Below, one piece after another: positions 47,263 to 56,903 of a DNA stretch of 64,000 nucleotides. How positions within the stretch are numbered: position 1 is the stretch's first letter; each line of letters opens with the position of its first letter. Origin of the DNA: Myxococcota bacterium (GTDB lineage Bacteria; Myxococcota_A; UBA796; UBA2385); assembly GCA_044344255.1 (NCBI GenBank), contig JBIJDH010000003.1:448001-512000 (forward strand). The letters are read 5' to 3'. The notes below the pieces were generated by a model. The model had not been told where the DNA came from and did no database searches. It saw only the letters and a program-made list of their open reading frames with translations. The position numbers and the translations under genes are program-made.

Positions 47263-48806
47263 GGAGACCGCCTGCGGGCCAGACCGAGGCCACCCTCGAG
47301 GAGCATCAACCCGAAGCCGAGGGCGAGCAGGGGGCGACCCAGGCGGAGGGGAGGCGGGAGGGCGCTCCCCTCTGTGGGCGGGCGGCTCAGGGTCTGGGCG
47401 GCGCTCAGCAGGCCCTCCCCTCGCGCCGAGGGCGGCAGGGGCACGGCCTCCTCGACGAGGTTGGCGATCAGGTGCACGAAGCCGGCCCGGAGGCCGAGGT
47501 CGGACTGGCGGAGATCGAGGCCCCACCAGGTCCCCCGGTCGCCCGGGAGGCGGAGGGCCAGCGCCCCGGCGTGGGTCGTGAGGAGGGGGGCGCTGCCCGC
47601 GGGAGGGTCGATCACCCAGGCGCCGCCCGCCCGGATCCCCTCGAGCTCGACGAAGCGCAGCGAGGGATCGGCGTCGGCGCTGCCTTGCAGCTCGACGTCG
47701 CCCAGGCGCCGTGCCCCGTTGAGGCCGATCACCCGCGGGTCTAGGCCAAAGACCGCCACCCGCTGCGCCTGGGGGATCGTGCCGGCGGGGAGGGCCTCCA
47801 GTACGAGCAGATCGGGGGCCTCGGCGGGGAGCGGCTCGCCGGGCGCGAGTGGGCGGAGGTGGACCCTCGGATGGGCGCCAAGGGCGGCGGCGAGGAAGCC
47901 CGTGGGGCTCCCGGTGACCAGCACGACCTCGGCGGCCCGGCCGGCGGCGATGTGGAGCGTGGCGCGGTCGTCGGCGGGGAGCTCGTCGGCCACGCCGAGT
48001 CGCACCTCGAGGTCGGTGGCCGCGGTGGTGACGGTGTAGAGCCGCTGCAGCTCCCCGTCGATTGCCAGGACCTCGTCGATCAGGACGGCCTCGCCCGCCG
48101 AGACGCGGAGGCGCTCCTCGCCGGGATCGGTGGAGCGGAGGTCGACCGCGAGCTCGATCGAGCCGAGCTGATCCGAGGCTCGACCCACGAGGGCGGTGAT
48201 GCCGGCGTTCGGCGCGGAGGAGCCGAGGGAGACCCGGCTCGTCGGGCAGCGGAGGCCCTCGGGGAGCGGGCTGTCGGTGGCGGCGGTGAGGTGGGGCGGC
48301 GGCTCGGCGGCGCAGAGCGCGAGGAGGGTGGCGGCCACCGGGCCGTCCTCGCCGCTCGGGCGGGCCTCGTCGAGGAGGTCGGTGAGGGCCTGCGGATCGT
48401 GGGAGTCGCGGAGGCGCAGGGTCGCCGGGGCGGTGGTGAGGACGCTGATGGGGTCGGCGGGGTGCGCGGCGATGAGCGCGCGGGCGGCTGCCTGGGCGGC
48501 GGTCCACCGGCCGCCGGCGCCCATGCTCGCCGAGGTGTCGAGGAGGAGGAGCTGGCCTCCCGCCGAGCGCGCGGGGCCGAAGGAGAGCGCGGCCACGACC
48601 AGGCCGAGGCTGAGCAGGAAGAGGGCCAAGGACAGCCGATCGCGGACCCGCGCGGGGGGCGCCGCGCGGAGCCCTGCTGGCAGGTGCCGGAGGAGGAAGA
48701 GGGAGCCCACGAGGCGGGCCACCGGCGGCGGCGGTCGACGGAAGGCGATGATGATCGGCCAGGCGAGCAGCAGGAGGGCGAGGGCGAGGGGGCTCGTCAG
48801 GCTCAA
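47259..48806 (-). CDS. BatA-like N-terminal TM + vWA domain protein
   Basis: SPLALALLLLAWPII..VGSLFLL, LLDTSASM, C-terminal TM. Confidence 0.78.
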   Translation of the reverse strand: MSLTSPLALALLLLAWPIIIAFRRPPPPVARLVGSLFLLRHLPAGLRAAPPARVRDRLSLALFLLSLGLVVAALSFGPARSAGGQLLLLDTSASMGAGGRWTAAQAAARALIAAHPADPISVLTTAPATLRLRDSHDPQALTDLLDEARPSGEDGPVAATLLALCAAEPPPHLTAATDSPLPEGLRCPTSRVSLGSSAPNAGITALVGRASDQLGSIELAVDLRSTDPGEERLRVSAGEAVLIDEVLAIDGELQRLYTVTTAATDLEVRLGVADELPADDRATLHIAAGRAAEVVLVTGSPTGFLAAALGAHPRVHLRPLAPGEPLPAEAPDLLVLEALPAGTIPQAQRVAVFGLDPRVIGLNGARRLGDVELQGSADADPSLRFVELEGIRAGGAWVIDPPAGSAPLLTTHAGALALRLPGDRGTWWGLDLRQSDLGLRAGFVHLIANLVEEAVPLPPSARGEGLLSAAQTLSRPPTEGSALPPPLRLGRPLLALGFGLMLLEGGLGLARRRSP

Positions 48807-49690
48807 GGCGCGGCGCTCCCCTCGAGGATCCCGCTCCGGCGCAAGGAGCGAAAGAGGAGCTCGGAGATGGAGGTCGTGGTGGGGCAGAAGATGTAGAGCA
48901 GGCCGAGGTCTCGGCAGCGGACCATCAGCCGCTCTCGGAAGAGCTGCTCCGCCTCGGCCAGCGCCGCCTGGAGGCTCGGGCCGCCGCTCCAGCGGAGGCG
49001 CTCGCCGGACTCGGCGTCGATGAGCTCCTGCTCTCCCTCCCCGGCGATGTGCCGGTCTGCCTCGCCGAGCACGTGGAGGAGCACGCCGGAGCGCGCGCTG
49101 CTGGCCAGGGCGCGGAGCGTGCGCTGCTGGGCCTCCTCGTCGAAGAGCATGTCGCTGATGAGGAAGGCGCGGTCAGCCCGCCCCTTCCCGGCGAGGGTCA
49201 ACAGGGTGGAGCGGGGCTCGCTCGGCCCCTCGGGCTGGGTGCGGCCGAGGAGGTCGAGCAGCAGGCCGAGCGTGCGCAGATCGGCGCCGTCGAAGCGACC
49301 GCCCGCCGGCAGGCCGCCCGCTACGGCGAAGGAGACGCGGTCTCGATGGTGGAGGCCGACGAAGGCGAGGCAAGCGGCGAGCGAGCCGGCGTGGTCAAGC
49401 TTCTTGGGCTCCGCGCCGCCCATCGAGGCCGAGCCGTCGAGGGTGATCAACACGCGGCTGTTCCGCTCCTCGTGGAACAGGCGCACGAGGAGGGTCTCCA
49501 GGCGGGCGTAGGCGTTCCAGTCGACGAGGCGGAGGTCGTCGCCGGGGTGGTAGGCCCGGTGATCGGCGAACTCCACGCCGGCCCCGAGCGTGTTCGAGCG
49601 CCGACCCCCCTGGCCCGTCCCCTCCGTGGGGCGGGGGACTCGGTTGCGCAGGCGACCGAGGAGCGGGAACAGGCTGCGATCGACCTCCAC
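48803..49690 (-). CDS. DUF58 domain protein
   Basis: GVEFADHRAYHPGDDLRLVDWNAYAR, LDGSASM, LISD. Confidence 0.92.
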   Translation of the reverse strand: MEVDRSLFPLLGRLRNRVPRPTEGTGQGGRRSNTLGAGVEFADHRAYHPGDDLRLVDWNAYARLETLLVRLFHEERNSRVLITLDGSASMGGAEPKKLDHAGSLAACLAFVGLHHRDRVSFAVAGGLPAGGRFDGADLRTLGLLLDLLGRTQPEGPSEPRSTLLTLAGKGRADRAFLISDMLFDEEAQQRTLRALASSARSGVLLHVLGEADRHIAGEGEQELIDAESGERLRWSGGPSLQAALAEAEQLFRERLMVRCRDLGLLYIFCPTTTSISELLFRSLRRSGILEGSAAP

Positions 49691-50674
49691 TCAGCCCTCG
49701 CGCAGGCTTTCGAGCACGGCGTCGACCACCGCCTCGCTCTTGACCCCCTCGAGCTCCGCCTCGAGCCCGAGGAAGACACGGTGGCGGAGGACGGGGCGGG
49801 CGACGGCGCGGAGATCGCCCGGGCCGACGAAGGCGCGCCCCTCGAGCAGGGCGTGGGCGCGGCCGGCGAGGAGCAGGGCTTGGGTGGCGCGGGGGCTCGC
49901 CCCGTATCGGAGGAAGCGGCGCACCGAGGCGGGGCAGGTGGGGCTCTCGGGGTGGGTCGCCAGGGTGAGCCGCGCGGCGAGGTTGCCCATCGCCTCGCTG
50001 ACGACGATGCCTCGGGTGAGGGCCTGGAGGTCGAGGACGCCGTCGCGATCGAGCACCGCGGAGAGGGTGGGCGTGGCGGTGCCCGTGGTCTCCATGCCGA
50101 TGCGCTGGAGTACGGCGAGGGAGGGGTAGGGCACGACGAGCTTGAAGAGGAAGCGGTCGAGCTGGGCCTCCGGCAGCGGGTAGGTGCCTTCCATCTCGAT
50201 CGGGTTCTGGGTGCCGATGACGAAGAAGGGGGCCTCGAGGGGCCGCTGCTCGCCGGCCACGGTGACGGAGCGCTCGGCCATCGCCTCCAGCATCGCCGAC
50301 TGGGTCTTGGGCGTGCCGCGGTTGATCTCGTCGGCCAGCACGATGTTCGAGAAGACGGGGCCGGGGCGGAAGCGGAGGTCGGCTCGACCGGCTTCGTCGC
50401 GCACCATCACCGTGGCGCCCGTGATGTCGGCGGGCATCAGGTCGGGGGTGAACTGGATGCGCGAGAAGCGGAGGTGGAGGGCCTGGGAGAGGGCCTTGAC
50501 GATCAGCGTCTTGCCGAGGCCGGGCGTGCCCTCCAGCAGGACATGGCCGCCGGCGAGCAGGCCGAGCAGCACGAAGCGCACCAGCTCATCCTGGCCGATG
50601 ATCACCTTTCGAAGCTCCGCTTCGAGGCGTTTGAGGGCGGCTGCGGACCCCCCCAGGCGGTCTTCTGCGCTCAT
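49691..50674 (-). CDS. moxR: MoxR family AAA+ ATPase
   Basis: GHVLLEGTPGLGKT, RIQFTPDLMPADITG, LADEINR, TQNPIEMEGTYPLPEAQLDRF, GASPRA. Confidence 0.95.
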   Translation of the reverse strand: MSAEDRLGGSAAALKRLEAELRKVIIGQDELVRFVLLGLLAGGHVLLEGTPGLGKTLIVKALSQALHLRFSRIQFTPDLMPADITGATVMVRDEAGRADLRFRPGPVFSNIVLADEINRGTPKTQSAMLEAMAERSVTVAGEQRPLEAPFFVIGTQNPIEMEGTYPLPEAQLDRFLFKLVVPYPSLAVLQRIGMETTGTATPTLSAVLDRDGVLDLQALTRGIVVSEAMGNLAARLTLATHPESPTCPASVRRFLRYGASPRATQALLLAGRAHALLEGRAFVGPGDLRAVARPVLRHRVFLGLEAELEGVKSEAVVDAVLESLREG

Positions 50675-50777
50675 GCGGGCTCGGGGGCTGGACGGTTGCG
50701 AGGGGAGGGGCGGCGGGGCGGGTGCGCGCTCAGGGCCGGAGACTCTACCTCGCCGATCGGTGCGATGATGGGCCCGC

Positions 50778-51845
50778 TTGTTCAGGTCGACCCCGCCCGT
50801 GCCTCCCTCGTCGCCGCCCCCGCCGCCGCCCCCGCCACAGCTCTCTGCCGCACGCAAGCTCATCTACGGGGTGGTGCTGCTGGTGGGCGTCTTTGGCCTG
50901 CCCGAGCTCGGCCTCCGCCTGCTGCTGCCCGCCGATGTCTGGCTCTACTCGTGGGAGCGCGCGGGGGGGCTGCTCCAGAGCCACGGAAACCGGCTCCTGC
51001 CGCGGCCGGGGCCAGCCGGGCCCTTCATGGATGGGCCCTATCGGTGGACGGCGACGGTCAACGCGCAGGGCCTGCGAGAGGACCTCCCGGTCTCGGCCCT
51101 CCCCGCGGCGGGGGAGCGGCGCCTGCTCGGCCTTGGTGACTCCTGGATGTTCGGCACGAGCGTCACGCAGGGGGCCACGCTGGCCGATCAGGTCGAGGAC
51201 CGACTCGAGGCGGCGGGCTGGGCGGCGCGCGTGGACGTGATCAACGCCGGCGTACCGAGCTTCTCCGCCTTCGACGTGCTCTGGCGCTGGCATGAGCTCG
51301 AGGACGACCTCACCGTCGACGGCGTGCTCCTGAGCGTGCCGCACAACACCGCCAAGCAGGCCGAGGCCGCCGCCGAGCGGGAGGCCTGGTACCGGGCCGC
51401 CGCCGCCGCGCCGCCGCTGGACCTGCGCCTCTACCGCCTCCTCCGATTGGGCCTCGACCGCTACCGCCGCCCCCGCTACGCCGTTCCGCCGAGGGGCGAG
51501 GCCGCCGCCGCCGCCGAGGCAGACCTGATGGCCCTCATCGACGATGTGCGCGCCCGCGGCCTGCCGATCTATGTGCTGCTGTCGGCCACGGAGCTCGAGC
51601 GGGCCCTCGCCGGCGCGCCGCCGCCGGTCGCCGAGGCCGGACGTTATGCGGCGCGGGGGGGCATCACGGGCTGGGCGGTGCTGCCGCAGCGGGAGTGCTG
51701 GGGCTACCGCGACCTCGGCCACCCGAGCGAGCGGGGCGTGGGCGCGCTGTCGGCGGTGGTGGCCAGCCTGGTGACCACGGGTCGCTCGATGGAGCCCTCC
51801 GCCGTCGAGCCGGCCTGCTCGGTCGCGCCGCGCCCGCCGGGCTGA
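50778..51845 (+). CDS. Membrane-anchored SGNH/GDSL-fold protein
   Basis: TM (PELGLRL), NAQGLR, LGDSWMFG, INAGVP, DLGHPS. Confidence 0.8.
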   Translation: MFRSTPPVPPSSPPPPPPPPQLSAARKLIYGVVLLVGVFGLPELGLRLLLPADVWLYSWERAGGLLQSHGNRLLPRPGPAGPFMDGPYRWTATVNAQGLREDLPVSALPAAGERRLLGLGDSWMFGTSVTQGATLADQVEDRLEAAGWAARVDVINAGVPSFSAFDVLWRWHELEDDLTVDGVLLSVPHNTAKQAEAAAEREAWYRAAAAAPPLDLRLYRLLRLGLDRYRRPRYAVPPRGEAAAAAEADLMALIDDVRARGLPIYVLLSATELERALAGAPPPVAEAGRYAARGGITGWAVLPQRECWGYRDLGHPSERGVGALSAVVASLVTTGRSMEPSAVEPACSVAPRPPG

Positions 51846-51860
51846 GCGGGGCTGTGGGTC

Positions 51861-53645
51861 TCAGGGGCCGTCGGCCGAGACCGGGGTGGGCGCCCCGCTG
51901 AGCGAGGTGTCCGTCCAGCGTCGCGGGAGGAGGCGGAGCTCCCGGCGCTCCTCGCCCCAGCGCAGCGTGGCCGAACCCTCGTGCCAGGCCTCGAAGGTGG
52001 CCGCCCCGGCGGGGTCGGCGACGGCCCCCAGGGTAGGCTGTCCCGGGAGCTCGAGCCATGCGATCTGGCCGGCGGGGAGGCCGTTGACCTCCACCCGCGC
52101 GCTCGCGCGGCGCTCCCCTCGCGGCCAGGGGGCGACGCCCGCCGCCTCCAACATCGGGGCGAAGGCGGCGCGCCAAGACGGGATGTGGTCGGACGGCGGT
52201 CGTGGGATGACCCCGCCCCAGACGCCGGCCTCGAGCGCGCTCTGCCAGCCCCGCGCGACGGAGGCCCAGCTCACGCCGACGTCGGGGTGGACCTCGATCA
52301 CGTAGAGCCCCGCGCACGCGCGCCCCGCGCAGGGGAGCTCATCGCGCTTCGCGTCGTAGGCGAGCTCTTCGCGGTCGCGGGGGACATAGGCCCGCGGCTG
52401 CGGATCGGCGAAGAGGGTGTCGCTGGCGAGCCGGTGGGCGGCCGCCCCGGGCCCGCCCGGGCCGTGTTCGTCCACCCACATCACGAGGCTCGGGTGGTGG
52501 AGGTTGGCCTCGATGAAGCGGAGGTCGGAGGCGTGGAGCTCCCCCTGCAAGGTCGCGGGGAGGGGCCCTGCCTGGCCGGCGAGGCCCGCGCAGCGGGGGA
52601 CGCGGGAGACGAGCAGCCCGAGCTCGTCGGCCTGCTCCATCCACGCCGCGGGGACCATGTCGCCGTGCATCTCTACGCCGTTCCAGCCGCCGCCGAGGAA
52701 GGGGCTGAGCTGCTCGGCGAGCGAGGGGGGGGCGGGCGTGTAGTCCACCCGCAGGGCGTGGAGGCGGAGGGGGGCGCCGTCGAAGACCAGCCCGGCCTCG
52801 CTGGAGGTGAGGTGGCGGACGCCGGTGCGGTCGGCGCGCTGGTCGAGGAGCGACCCCTCGGCGTCGAGCAGGCTGGCCTCGAGGAGGATGAGCGCGGGAT
52901 CGGCCGGGCTCCAGCGCGGGCCCGTCCAAGGCCGGGGATCGCCCACCGCCTCCCCGTTGGCGGCGAGCCTGGCGGCGCCGAGCTCCTGGACGAGGGCGCC
53001 GTCGAGGGTGGCGCGGAAGCGGATCTCCTGGCCGACGTAGCCGCCCTCCACCCAGGCCATCGGCGTCACCCGGCCGTCCGCCTCGGCCCGCAGCGTGGTC
53101 GAGCGGAGCTGCCGGCGCGGGTGGAGCTCCAGCACCGGGGCCGAGGCCAACCATGGCCAGCCTCGGTTCTTCCCCTGGGAGCGGATGAGCTCTCCGCCGC
53201 TGAGCACGGTGCTGTCGGCCGCCTCGGGGGCGGTGATGTGGATGGAGATCGTCGCCTCGCCGTCGGCGAGGTGGGCGCCGAGGGGGACGCGGAGCGGCGC
53301 GGCGCCGCCGGTGACCGGGGGGAGGCGCTCGCCGTCGACGGTGATCGTCGCCCGCCACCACAGGCCCTCGAGCAGGAGATCGGCGACCTCGGACCTCCGC
53401 TCGAGGGGGATGCGCACGGTGGTCTCGAGGTCGAGCGCGGTCGCTGGCCTCGGATCTCGGAGCCAGGGGCGGTCGTTCCATCCGTGGTCGAGGCGGAGCC
53501 GGGCGCGCGCGGTCATGGGCTCGGGCGGGTCACAGGCCGGGAGCGCCAGCAGCAGGACGGCACCCCAGGCCGCCCGGGGGCCTGTCCGGTGGCGGGGCGG
53601 CCTGCCCGGAGCCCGGCGAAAGCGCTCAGGGGCCATGGGGCCCAA
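51861..53645 (-). CDS. Glycoside hydrolase family 2-like lipoprotein (divergent)
   Basis: Lipobox LPAC; WSPADPAL, TGVR, ADELGLLV, HHPSLVMW resemble GH2. Confidence 0.55.
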   Translation of the reverse strand: MGPMAPERFRRAPGRPPRHRTGPRAAWGAVLLLALPACDPPEPMTARARLRLDHGWNDRPWLRDPRPATALDLETTVRIPLERRSEVADLLLEGLWWRATITVDGERLPPVTGGAAPLRVPLGAHLADGEATISIHITAPEAADSTVLSGGELIRSQGKNRGWPWLASAPVLELHPRRQLRSTTLRAEADGRVTPMAWVEGGYVGQEIRFRATLDGALVQELGAARLAANGEAVGDPRPWTGPRWSPADPALILLEASLLDAEGSLLDQRADRTGVRHLTSSEAGLVFDGAPLRLHALRVDYTPAPPSLAEQLSPFLGGGWNGVEMHGDMVPAAWMEQADELGLLVSRVPRCAGLAGQAGPLPATLQGELHASDLRFIEANLHHPSLVMWVDEHGPGGPGAAAHRLASDTLFADPQPRAYVPRDREELAYDAKRDELPCAGRACAGLYVIEVHPDVGVSWASVARGWQSALEAGVWGGVIPRPPSDHIPSWRAAFAPMLEAAGVAPWPRGERRASARVEVNGLPAGQIAWLELPGQPTLGAVADPAGAATFEAWHEGSATLRWGEERRELRLLPRRWTDTSLSGAPTPVSADGP

Positions 53646-54786
53646 CGGCCGCGGCGACCGCCTCTCCGATGAGCTGGTGCCCCAGCGGCGTCGGGTGGAC
53701 CTGATCGGCGAAGTGTCCGATGGTGCCTTGGTGATCGTGGAGCCAGCCCGGGCCGTCGATGTAGGGAGCGCCGCTCTCCTCGGCGACCGTGCGCATGGCC
53801 TCCCTGTACTCGAGGATGTCGGCGGGCGGGCCGGCAGGGTCGAGGTCGATCGGCGCCGGGAGGGCGAGGAAGGCCGGCCGGGCGCCGATCCGCTTCGTCT
53901 CCTGGGCCATCGCCCTCAGGTTCTCGATGTAGTCGCGGAGCAGAACCCGAGCCCGGTCTTGGGTGTTGGCGCTCGCGCCGGAGGCTCCGACGGGCGCCTG
54001 TCCGCCCACGTCGTCCTTCATCGAGGCGATCCAGCCCACCTTTCGGTGGAGGAGCCAGGGGGCGAGGAGGTGCCGCAGCAGCCGATAGGTGGCGAGGTGG
54101 CGGAGCGGCCCGCGCAGCTCCTCGACCGCGCTTGGGGGCCGCGTGAAGCCGTGGTCCTTGTAGACGTCGCTCCACAGGTTGCCGATGATCACCCACGTGG
54201 GGGCGGCGGCAGCCCCCTTCTCGCGGAGTCGAGCGAGGGACTGCGAGGAGTCGTGGCCGGGGACGCCGCCGATCACCCCTTGCACCGGCCGCCCCCAGAC
54301 GTCGGTGAGGCGCGCCGCGGCGACCGAGCTGAAGACCTGGCTCTCGGGCACCCCGTCGCCGAAGATGGTGGAGTCGCCGAGGGAGAGCAGCCGGGACTCA
54401 CCCTCGGCGCGGGGGCCGAGCTCGGGCCCGCGGAGGCCGAGCGAGTTGATGCGGCAGGGGACGCTCCCCGACATCACGATGCGGTCTGGGGGCAGGCCCC
54501 AGCCGCTGGCGTCATCCTGGATCATCGGCAAACCACCAAGCTGATCCCGGACCTTCTGGGCTTGTTTCAGGAATTCTGGCTCGCTCCCCGGGCGGGGCAG
54601 CGGGAGGCTGCGATCGGGCGGGGTCAGCCCAGGCTCGGCGAGTCGCGCGCTGAGCTCGAGCAGACCGGCCATGCCGAGTGCGCCGAGGAGGGCGAAGGCG
54701 ACGCGTCGGGGCAGCGAGGCGGTCGAGCGGAGCGGCACGGACGGGACCCGAGGAGGGTGAGGGGAGCGGGTAAGGGGACTTTCCAT
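53626..54786 (-). CDS. Membrane-anchored SGNH/GDSL-fold protein; start uncertain
   Basis: LELSARL TM, INSLGLRG, LGDSTIFG, GVPGHDS, FADQVHPT. Confidence 0.82.
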   Translation of the reverse strand: MESPLTRSPHPPRVPSVPLRSTASLPRRVAFALLGALGMAGLLELSARLAEPGLTPPDRSLPLPRPGSEPEFLKQAQKVRDQLGGLPMIQDDASGWGLPPDRIVMSGSVPCRINSLGLRGPELGPRAEGESRLLSLGDSTIFGDGVPESQVFSSVAAARLTDVWGRPVQGVIGGVPGHDSSQSLARLREKGAAAAPTWVIIGNLWSDVYKDHGFTRPPSAVEELRGPLRHLATYRLLRHLLAPWLLHRKVGWIASMKDDVGGQAPVGASGASANTQDRARVLLRDYIENLRAMAQETKRIGARPAFLALPAPIDLDPAGPPADILEYREAMRTVAEESGAPYIDGPGWLHDHQGTIGHFADQVHPTPLGHQLIGEAVAAAVGPHGP

Positions 54787-54886
54787 CCTACCGGCTCTTG
54801 CGTCCCGGCGACGAGCGCGGGCGGAATTGGTGCCCCCGCCGTTCGGTAGACTGTTCGCCGGCCGTCGCCCTGGGGAGCGCCGCATC

Positions 54887-56869
54887 TTGACTGAAACGCC
54901 CGACGGTCCGCCGGCCAGCGCGCCTCCGCCCCCGCCCTCGGTTCGGCGGCCCGAGGCGGGGGACTGGCGCGTCGGCCTCGCGTTTGCCTTGCTCTCCGGC
55001 CTCGTGACGGTGGGATGGCACGCTCGCGCCCTCTCCGCCGACGCCAGCCTGCCGGTGGGGGACGCGGGCGGCCACCTCATGAACGTCGTGCGGGCGCTCC
55101 ACTGGCTTCAGGGCGGCCCCTTCGTCGCCCAGGCCTTCCCCCCCGCGGTCTATGTGCTCGGGGCCGCGCTCGCCGCGCTCGGCGGCCCCTCCTTGGATCA
55201 CGTCACGCTCGCGGTGGCCCTCTTCGGGGGCCTGCTCGGCGCCACCCTCTCGTGGATCGGCTGGCGCGCCTCGGGGTGGGCGGCGGCCGGGCTCCTCCCC
55301 CTGCTCGCTCTCTCCGCCCCCTTTCTCTCCGGGATGTCGCGGCTCATCCTGCTCGATCTGCCCGCGACCGCCTGCATCACGCTGATCTGGGCGCTCGTGT
55401 GGGAGGGGCAACTCTTTCGTCGCCGGCTGCCCACCCTCCTGCTCGGCCTCCTGATCGGGCTGGCGACGCTCGTGAAGTACACGTTCTTCCTGTGGGTGCT
55501 GCCGCTGCTCCTGCTGGCGGGCCTCGGGATGGCGCTGCGGGCGCCCGCCTCCCTGCTGCCGCTGGCGCTCCTGGCACCGCCCCTCCGACAGGTGGCCGAG
55601 GCCCTCCTGCGCCGAGCGGAGCAGCCCTCGGCCTCCGCTCCTCGCCCGGGAGAGCTGGAGGGCCTGTGCGGCGTGCTCGGGGCCGCGGCCCTCGTCGAGC
55701 TCGGCCTGCTCGGCCTCTCCGTCTGGCGGCTCCGGCGTGGGCGATCGCTCCGATGGCGGGACCTCGGGGACGGCGCCGTGCTCGGCCTCTCCGCCCTGCT
55801 CGCCGTCGCGGTGGCCCTGCCCTGGCTCCACCTCGCGCTGCCCGAGGTGTGGATCAAGGTGCACCACGAGGCGATCGCCGAGGTGCGCAGCGCGGGCCGC
55901 GAGGAGGGCGCCCGGTACGCGGCGACGCTCTTGATGGCGAGCTGGCCGGGCGGGTGGTGGGCCCTCGTGGTGGCAATTTGGATCGAGCTCCTCGTGCCGG
56001 TCGGTCTCCTCGCGTGGGCTCTGTGGCCGCGGCTCCGCCTGCTCGGGCCGCTTCGCCGCCGGTGGCCCCCGCTCGAAACTCCGGCCGGTCGGAGGGCGGT
56101 GCCGCCCTGGCTGCGCGTCGGACCGGCGCTGCCCGTCGCGCTCTCCGGTGTGGCCGGCGCCGCGCTGACCATGGAGACGCTGCCGGTCGACCCTCGCTAC
56201 TTCCTGCCGATCCTCGTCGGAGCGTCGGTGTTGATCGGGCTCGGCGCCTGCCGCCTCCGTGCGCTGCGCTGGACCTTCGGCTTCGCCGTCGCCTTGGGCT
56301 GCCTCGCCTCGCTCGCCGCAGGGGAGGGACTCGGCCCTGCCTCCGCAGAGCGCCTGTCGATGGAGGCCTTCCGGCCGAGCGACGCTCGGCGGGCCGGCCC
56401 CTGGGCCCTCTTTGCCCCCCCGGCCCCGCGGACCCTGCCTTGGCTCCCGCCGATCGAGGCGCTGTTGGCCGAGGTGGCGGCCCGGAGCCCGGTCGGCGCG
56501 GATCGGCGGGTCCTGCTCGTGGTGCCGGCCTTCGGGGAGGGGCGCAGCGCGGGGCTTGAGGATCGCTCGCTTGTCGCCCTCCTGATGCTCCACGGCCTCG
56601 ACGAGCGGGCCATTGAGACCTGGTCGCCCCCCGAGCAGCCCGGCGGCCTCAGCCGCGGCAGCCTCCCAGCGCTCGCGCGGCCCGCGGCCTGGCTGGCCAT
56701 CGCCGGGCTCCGTCCCGCGGCGGCCAGCGCGGCGACGGCGGCCCTCGGCGAGCGGGCGGGAGAGCCCGTGTTCGTAGGGGACGCGGGCGGGCGGGCGGTT
56801 CGCCTGATCTCCCTCGCGAAAGAGGCCGCTCCCCCGCCCTCGCCGCCTGGCCCCGCCGCTTCACCGTAG
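54887..56869 (+). CDS. GT-C fold (ArnT/PMT, GT39/83-like) membrane glycosyltransferase
   Basis: Many TMs; GDAGGH first loop, FPP, SRLILLDLP, LATLVKYTF, DPRYFLP. Confidence 0.7.
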   Translation: MTETPDGPPASAPPPPPSVRRPEAGDWRVGLAFALLSGLVTVGWHARALSADASLPVGDAGGHLMNVVRALHWLQGGPFVAQAFPPAVYVLGAALAALGGPSLDHVTLAVALFGGLLGATLSWIGWRASGWAAAGLLPLLALSAPFLSGMSRLILLDLPATACITLIWALVWEGQLFRRRLPTLLLGLLIGLATLVKYTFFLWVLPLLLLAGLGMALRAPASLLPLALLAPPLRQVAEALLRRAEQPSASAPRPGELEGLCGVLGAAALVELGLLGLSVWRLRRGRSLRWRDLGDGAVLGLSALLAVAVALPWLHLALPEVWIKVHHEAIAEVRSAGREEGARYAATLLMASWPGGWWALVVAIWIELLVPVGLLAWALWPRLRLLGPLRRRWPPLETPAGRRAVPPWLRVGPALPVALSGVAGAALTMETLPVDPRYFLPILVGASVLIGLGACRLRALRWTFGFAVALGCLASLAAGEGLGPASAERLSMEAFRPSDARRAGPWALFAPPAPRTLPWLPPIEALLAEVAARSPVGADRRVLLVVPAFGEGRSAGLEDRSLVALLMLHGLDERAIETWSPPEQPGGLSRGSLPALARPAAWLAIAGLRPAAASAATAALGERAGEPVFVGDAGGRAVRLISLAKEAAPPPSPPGPAASP

Positions 56870-56903
56870 AATTGACGTCAAGCCGGCCCGGCCCGGCGCC
56901 TCC

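Noticed and set aside
47263..48507. N-terminal extension giving a 1287-aa vWA ORF
   Set aside because: Low-complexity Arg/Pro translation overlapping the BatA-like gene in another frame; the real start is GTG 47262.
56872..56881. Perfect palindrome TTGACGTCAA upstream of an SGNH gene
   Set aside because: Single 10-bp site; I noticed no second copy or candidate regulator, so it is too weak to call.
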